From the IMG/VR virus record IMGVR_UViG_3300002220_000322, positions 1 to 64,000 of that record: DNA of 64,000 nucleotides. One strand, written 5' to 3'. Origin of the DNA: a virus. Lineage: Duplodnaviria; Caudoviricetes. The position numbers and the translations under genes are program-made. How positions within the stretch are numbered: position 1 is the first letter of the stretch; every line of letters begins with the position of its first letter. Positions 59,540 to 64,000 of this stretch are shown piece by piece. The notes under the pieces were generated by a model that was given only the letters and a program-made list of their open reading frames with translations, searched no databases and was not told where the DNA came from.

Positions 59540-59957
59540 TTAAATAAGTTTTTAATAATTCATAAAAAAATTCTTTGGGAATTATAGCAAATTCCCCCAT
59601 TGAAGTAATATTTACATTACCTTCTTTTTTTTCTTGAGCATTTCATATAATGCATAAAGGTTTATCAAGTTTTCCTACCTCAGTATTTAATTTTTTAATA
59701 CTAGGAGTAGTTTGAGTTTTTTTAAGTTGAAAATAACAAGGAAGAATTTTATCTTCGTCATTTATATCTATTTTCATATCATCTAATTTTTTACTAGAAG
59801 ATCTTGAGGTTGATATGTTTTCATTGCCTGTTAATTCTTTTAACTCATTAACTATTTGTCTTTCGTAAGCATTACCTTTATTTTTACTATAAGAACCTGC
59901 CTTTTTCTTTTTAGGCTTTTCTTCTGTTCATTCTTTTTCTATTTGTTTCTTTGCCAT
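59532..59957 (-). CDS. Holliday-junction resolvase-like PD-(D/E)xK nuclease, 141 aa (TGA=Trp at codons 10 and 105; absent from ORF track)
   Basis: MAKKQIEKE(W)...SKNKGNAYERQIVNELK...KID...YFQLK...CII(W). The KGxxYER...D...(Q/E)xK pattern is Hjc-like. The gene fills the gap between its neighbours exactly. Confidence 0.75.
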
Positions 59958-59959
59958 AA

Positions 59960-60157
59960 TTATTTCATCCATTCTGTAAAACCCTCTTCAATCGCTTCTA
60001 GGGGAGAGAGAGTTGGGTTAAGTTTCATAAATTTTAAAGCTGAAAATATCACCTCTATATCTAATTCCTCTTCTCTAGCTATATCTATAAGTTCCATAAT
60101 CTTATCATATTGTTCTGCGTCCCTCATACCTATTTCATCAAAAAATAAAAAATTCAT
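59960..60157 (-). CDS. Hypothetical protein
   Basis: 65 aa, coupled to the primase stop. Confidence 0.6.
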   Translation of the reverse strand: MNFLFFDEIGMRDAEQYDKIMELIDIAREEELDIEVIFSALKFMKLNPTLSPLEAIEEGFTEWMK

Positions 60158-61188
60158 TAAAATACATAAAAATGTTTTGTTTGTTTTATAGATTTATCAT
60201 TAATTATTTGATTTAATTCTTCTACAATACTCCAAAATACATTAGAACTTACTTTTTTATATAAATCACTAATATCTTTTGAATATTTTCTTTTAATAAA
60301 TATACATCTGACTCCATAGTTTTTTATATATTTTTTAGCTCCTCTAACTCCAGCTAAATCATTATCAAAGAAAACAAATATGTTTTGAAATTTATCTTTT
60401 ATTTTCTCCATTTGAGATTCAGTCATTATAATATTTTCTGAGGTAGGAGCTATAGAAATAAAGCCATATTCATGTAATAGTAATAAATCTTTCATAGATT
60501 TTATTATTATACAATGACTTCCTGCCTTTGGAAGTTGCTTACTTCCATGCCAATGTCTGGAGGTCCAATTACTAATAAATCTATATTTCTTTTTAGTAGG
60601 CATATATAGTCTCCAGAGCTCATCTCCGTTGGAATTCTTACCGCCGTAGTATCCATAAATTGGAGATGAGTCTGTGAAACTATTAAAATAAACACCATTT
60701 AAAAATATATGTTTTATAGAATATACTCTAAACTTTTTAAGGGTTGTTAAGGATATTCCAAATGAACCCCACCAAGATAACTCTTTTTCAGAAAAATCTT
60801 TAATTTCTACTTGTATTATAGCTTTTTCAGTTTCTTTAATAATAGAACCTGTATAATTTAATTTAGGTTCGTTTATAGGATAATTCTCCATTTTTATATA
60901 GCCAAAATCGTTAGCTATAATATTTAGAGCTTTATAATAAGAAACATTAAAAATATACATTACTATTGAAACAAAATCTCCAGAGATACCTGCAAAGTCT
61001 TTAAAAATTAAATCACCCCTTTTATTCTTATAGAAAGAACAAGTAGGATGATTATCTTTTCTTAAAACAGAAGGGCTTTTAAAAAGCCCTTTTTTGACAG
61101 GAACTCCTAAATAATGCTCAAAATAAGCCTCAGCAGGAGCTTTTTCTAATAAAAATTGTTTAGTTATTCTTGGCGGTAATTCAAACAT
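60157..61188 (-). CDS. dnaG: DnaG-like DNA primase
   Basis: Degenerate Zn-finger region (SPSVLRKDNHPTCSF...FKDF), KSMKD, TOPRIM FFDNDLAG, KDISD. Confidence 0.82.
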   Translation of the reverse strand: MFELPPRITKQFLLEKAPAEAYFEHYLGVPVKKGLFKSPSVLRKDNHPTCSFYKNKRGDLIFKDFAGISGDFVSIVMYIFNVSYYKALNIIANDFGYIKMENYPINEPKLNYTGSIIKETEKAIIQVEIKDFSEKELSWWGSFGISLTTLKKFRVYSIKHIFLNGVYFNSFTDSSPIYGYYGGKNSNGDELWRLYMPTKKKYRFISNWTSRHWHGSKQLPKAGSHCIIIKSMKDLLLLHEYGFISIAPTSENIIMTESQMEKIKDKFQNIFVFFDNDLAGVRGAKKYIKNYGVRCIFIKRKYSKDISDLYKKVSSNVFWSIVEELNQIINDKSIKQTKHFYVF

Positions 61189-61199
61189 ATATTAAATTT

Positions 61200-61895
61200 T
61201 TATAATTTAAAAGATATATCTAGACCATGATCTACTTGTGGAGTTTCAAACATGGTAGTAGCATCTACCTCAGTGGGTTTAGCTGTTGTAGAATTTTTAA
61301 TTCTATCTGCTTCATATGGAGTAAATGCAATTTTACTCCCGATAAAGTTATTTCTAATGTATGCTTTACCGTCTCTATTTACAGAAGCAAAAAATCCAGG
61401 AAAAATAGCTTCTCCTTTATTATTTTTAAGAAGTTTAATCTTAGTGACGGCCCCAATACCGGGCTCCAATACAGCTGCCACAACTTTTCTTAGATCTTCC
61501 CAATTTTTAGCCTTAAGACTGGCTTCTCCTTTATCAATTTTACTTGCTACTGTAGGGTTGATACTATCTATAGCATGTTTAAGTAATAACATAAGGCTCT
61601 CAACTCCAGAAGGTTGAGGAATTTTTTCAACATTACCATTTTTATTAGTAAATTCTCTTTCTGTTCTTTGATATTCATCTTCTTTTGGTTCAAAGATTGT
61701 ATGTTCGTATACTCCATCCTCATTAGAAAATTTTAATATTAAAACTTTGTATAATTGTGAAGGGTCTTTAACGCCTTGAATATCTTTAATTTCGCATCCA
61801 TCAAATTTTACAGTGTAAATTTCATTACCCTCTAATCTAGGTTTAATAGAACTCTGAGATGATCCTGCTGTATTGTCAAATGAAAAAAAGCTCAT
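61200..61895 (-). CDS. Putative ssDNA-binding/replication protein
   Basis: 231 aa, beta-rich N-terminus, acidic/aromatic tail, between ATPase and primase. Function inferred from context. Confidence 0.45.
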   Translation of the reverse strand: MSFFSFDNTAGSSQSSIKPRLEGNEIYTVKFDGCEIKDIQGVKDPSQLYKVLILKFSNEDGVYEHTIFEPKEDEYQRTEREFTNKNGNVEKIPQPSGVESLMLLLKHAIDSINPTVASKIDKGEASLKAKNWEDLRKVVAAVLEPGIGAVTKIKLLKNNKGEAIFPGFFASVNRDGKAYIRNNFIGSKIAFTPYEADRIKNSTTAKPTEVDATTMFETPQVDHGLDISFKL

Positions 61896-61900
61896 ATTTA

Positions 61901-62443
61901 TTATAATTTAAAAGTTAATTCATGTATCTCTGTTGTGTCATCATCTTCAGTTAATAAATCTGGTTCTATGTTTTCAGCCATTTCTTCAACCTGCGCTAAA
62001 GTTTTAGGTTCTGTAGACTCTAAAAAGAAGATTCCAGGTTTAAATTCTTTTAATTTAAAGGTTGTGCCATATTCTGCTAATACAGTATTTGCTTTACCTC
62101 TGTAAGTAACTGTATTTGATTTAGTTACTTTATTACCAGATCCCTCTTCTTCAAAAGAAAGATCTGATCCTATAATAGGAAGTCTAGTCTTGCCTACTTT
62201 TTCGTACTTGATAATTATTCTGTCCTCTGGCTTAACATCTAGATCTGCTGCACATTTATTATTAAGTACTAACTTATTATCTTCCCTAATTAAAATAGCT
62301 TCATCTTCCATAACTATTTCTTTAGTGGGGGCTTTTTTAGTAGTTCTTTTCTTTTTTTCTATACCATCTACAAAGGTAGTAAGGTTAGAAACTAATTCGG
62401 TTTCTGGATCAAAATCGAATGTTACTGTTACTTGTTTAATCAT
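61901..62443 (-). CDS. Hypothetical protein with acidic C-terminal tail
   Basis: 180 aa, overlaps the ATPase stop; ends ELTFKL. Confidence 0.6.
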   Translation of the reverse strand: MIKQVTVTFDFDPETELVSNLTTFVDGIEKKKRTTKKAPTKEIVMEDEAILIREDNKLVLNNKCAADLDVKPEDRIIIKYEKVGKTRLPIIGSDLSFEEEGSGNKVTKSNTVTYRGKANTVLAEYGTTFKLKEFKPGIFFLESTEPKTLAQVEEMAENIEPDLLTEDDDTTEIHELTFKL

Positions 62444-64000
62444 TTAATGAAGGATAAATATTTTCCCAATAAGCAGTTATCTTGCCGGTTTCATTATCTT
62501 TAGAAGTCAACCTTAAGGTTTTTCCTGACAGGTGGGGCATTCTAGCACCACAAAGAACAGAATTCATATCTCCAAAATTAGCCATCAAATCCCCAGTTTC
62601 AATGTCTCTATAAACATAGCAGATGGCATCACTGGAGGCACTTAATATTCTACCTAATTTACCTGTTAAATCTAAATCTTTAACATTTAATTCTGTACCA
62701 TTTTCATTTAAAGCTTTATCTTTTACGTGACCTACAAGAATAATATTAGGACATACTTTAGTAAACCAGCTAATTACATTTTGAATAGCTTCCCTAACGT
62801 ATAAATACATTTTGTTAACTTACACTTTCATGTAAGATCAGACTATATCTTTAATTTTTTGTATGTGAATAAATATACCCATTATTTAGAATTTTATCCA
62901 ATTTATAACGTAATCCTTCTTTTTTAAAACCTTCTTGTAATTCACAATAGCTTCTGGAATGAAAAGTTTCTATAAGATTATAATCTTTATCATATTTATA
63001 AACCCTTTTTGCTCTAGCATTATTTTTACTAGCTTTTTCTTTTCATTCTTTAGATTTTTCTTTATTTTTAGCTCAATGTTGAGTTTTATAATCTTTACAT
63101 GGATCATATTCTTCTTTATAAAGAAATACATAATCTTTTAAATAATTTAAAGTATGTTTACATACTTTAGATATATTTGATGTTGTTATATCATAAAATT
63201 CAGCTGCTTCTGAAATAGAATTAAATTCTTTTTCTAGTTCTCCAGTAAATCTATTTACTGAAACAACTGCTTTACCTCTTGCTTTTTTAAAGTTTTCTAT
63301 TGCTTCTTCATTTTGTTTAAAATGTACATAATTAAGACAAATATCTGTCATATTATATCCATTTTTAACACTATTATACTCTTTAATATATCCTTCTTCT
63401 ATTTTTAACAATTCTTTTCTTTCTATACCATCAGGATAGAAATCAAAAATAATTATCTCAAAATTATCTTCTCCATGTTTATTTCATGAATTTTGAAGTT
63501 TTGTAGAATGATGTCTAGATTTTTTTAAATAAGTATAATGTCGTTTTAATCTCTTTATAATAGATTCTGCTGAACCTATATAAATTTTGTTAGAAACTAC
63601 ATTTTTAATTCCATAAATTCCCGAATAACTTGGTAACTCTTTACAATTTTTAAATTTTATCATTTTATTTAGTTTAAAATTTTACTTATGTAAAGTTACA
63701 AAAAATTATTCTAACTTTTCCCAACATACAAATATTGTTAGTATTTATATGTAAGTACTCCCCTGCCGAGGATAGTCGTTGAACCTTCAACCAAAAAAAT
63801 TAATTTTTGGAAGCTTGGATGCGGATTTCCCAATTCTTTTTGATTTTACTATACCTTTCATCGTTACTGAAAGCCATTATATATATTACTACTATAATTT
63901 AGTTAAAAAGACTCTAAGGGGTTTCCCGCAGTTAGTTAGAAATGAGCTATTAAATAACCCGCACCATTAGGAAGTTTAAGAATGTTTGCATCAGGACTAA
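62436..64000 (-). CDS. AAA_24/Sak4-like ATPase, spliced; exon 2 is 62436..62807, exon 1 from 63957 runs out of the window
   Basis: Splicing gives ILKLPNGAG|YLYVREA...IILVGHVKDK...LDLTGK...SDAICY, typical of this phage ATPase family. Confidence 0.78.
62808..63956 (-). mobile_element. Group I intron in ATPase gene (1149 nt)
   Basis: Minus strand P1 GGGU|UAU pairs with AUAGCUC (U-G at the splice site). Core elements: P AACTGCGGGAAA, Q AATCCGCATCC, R GGTTCAACGACTA, S AAGATATAGTC. Terminal G at 62808. Confidence 0.9.
62851..63663 (-). CDS. Intron-encoded GIY-YIG homing endonuclease with NUMOD1-like domains, 270 aa (3 TGA=Trp)
   Basis: SGIYGIKN...KIYIGSA...R...H...LQNS(W)NKHGEDNF, E...GYN, and EFNSISEAAEFY. 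The ORF track shows only the middle fragment. Confidence 0.88.

Noticed and set aside
1-64000. tRNA (including a UCA suppressor), CRISPR array, DGR or invertible repeats
   Set aside because: No cloverleaf/T-loop signature, repeat-spacer array, reverse transcriptase or recombinase was seen by eye. Intergenic space is minimal. A tRNAscan/ARAGORN run would be needed to exclude an atypical tRNA.

Overview
A 64 kb, very AT-rich segment of a crAss-like (Crassvirales, Bacteroidota-type) phage genome with two convergent blocks. (1) Plus strand, <1-46735: the late/virion block. It encodes ring/adaptor proteins, an auxiliary capsid protein, a two-part muzzle (tail stabiliser), small cargo proteins, a DUF192 protein and four giant ejected proteins, one of them the virion RNA polymerase. 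The fragmented ORF track is an artefact. About 95 in-frame TGA codons (hand count) must be read as Trp, and doing so yields 16 tightly packed genes ending in TAA/TAG. (2) Minus strand, 46788->64000: the replication/early block (AAA_24 ATPase, primase, exonuclease, ligase, dUTPase, thioredoxin, phosphoesterases). It uses TGG for Trp except in a Holliday-junction-resolvase-like gene and an intron endonuclease. Three group I introns, each with a different homing endonuclease (LAGLIDADG, HNH, GIY-YIG), interrupt the vRNAP catalytic DFDID motif, the dUTPase and the ATPase. The most striking unexplained pattern: the four consecutive giant ejected proteins (about 8640 aa in total) contain only six cysteines. 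All six sit at facing termini (...C-x-stop / M-x-C...), exactly the layout expected for a head-to-tail disulfide or metal-bridged chain of helicase-like protein, vRNAP, zincin and nuclease. No tRNA or CRISPR array was seen. All family assignments come from motif recognition by eye, not database searches.
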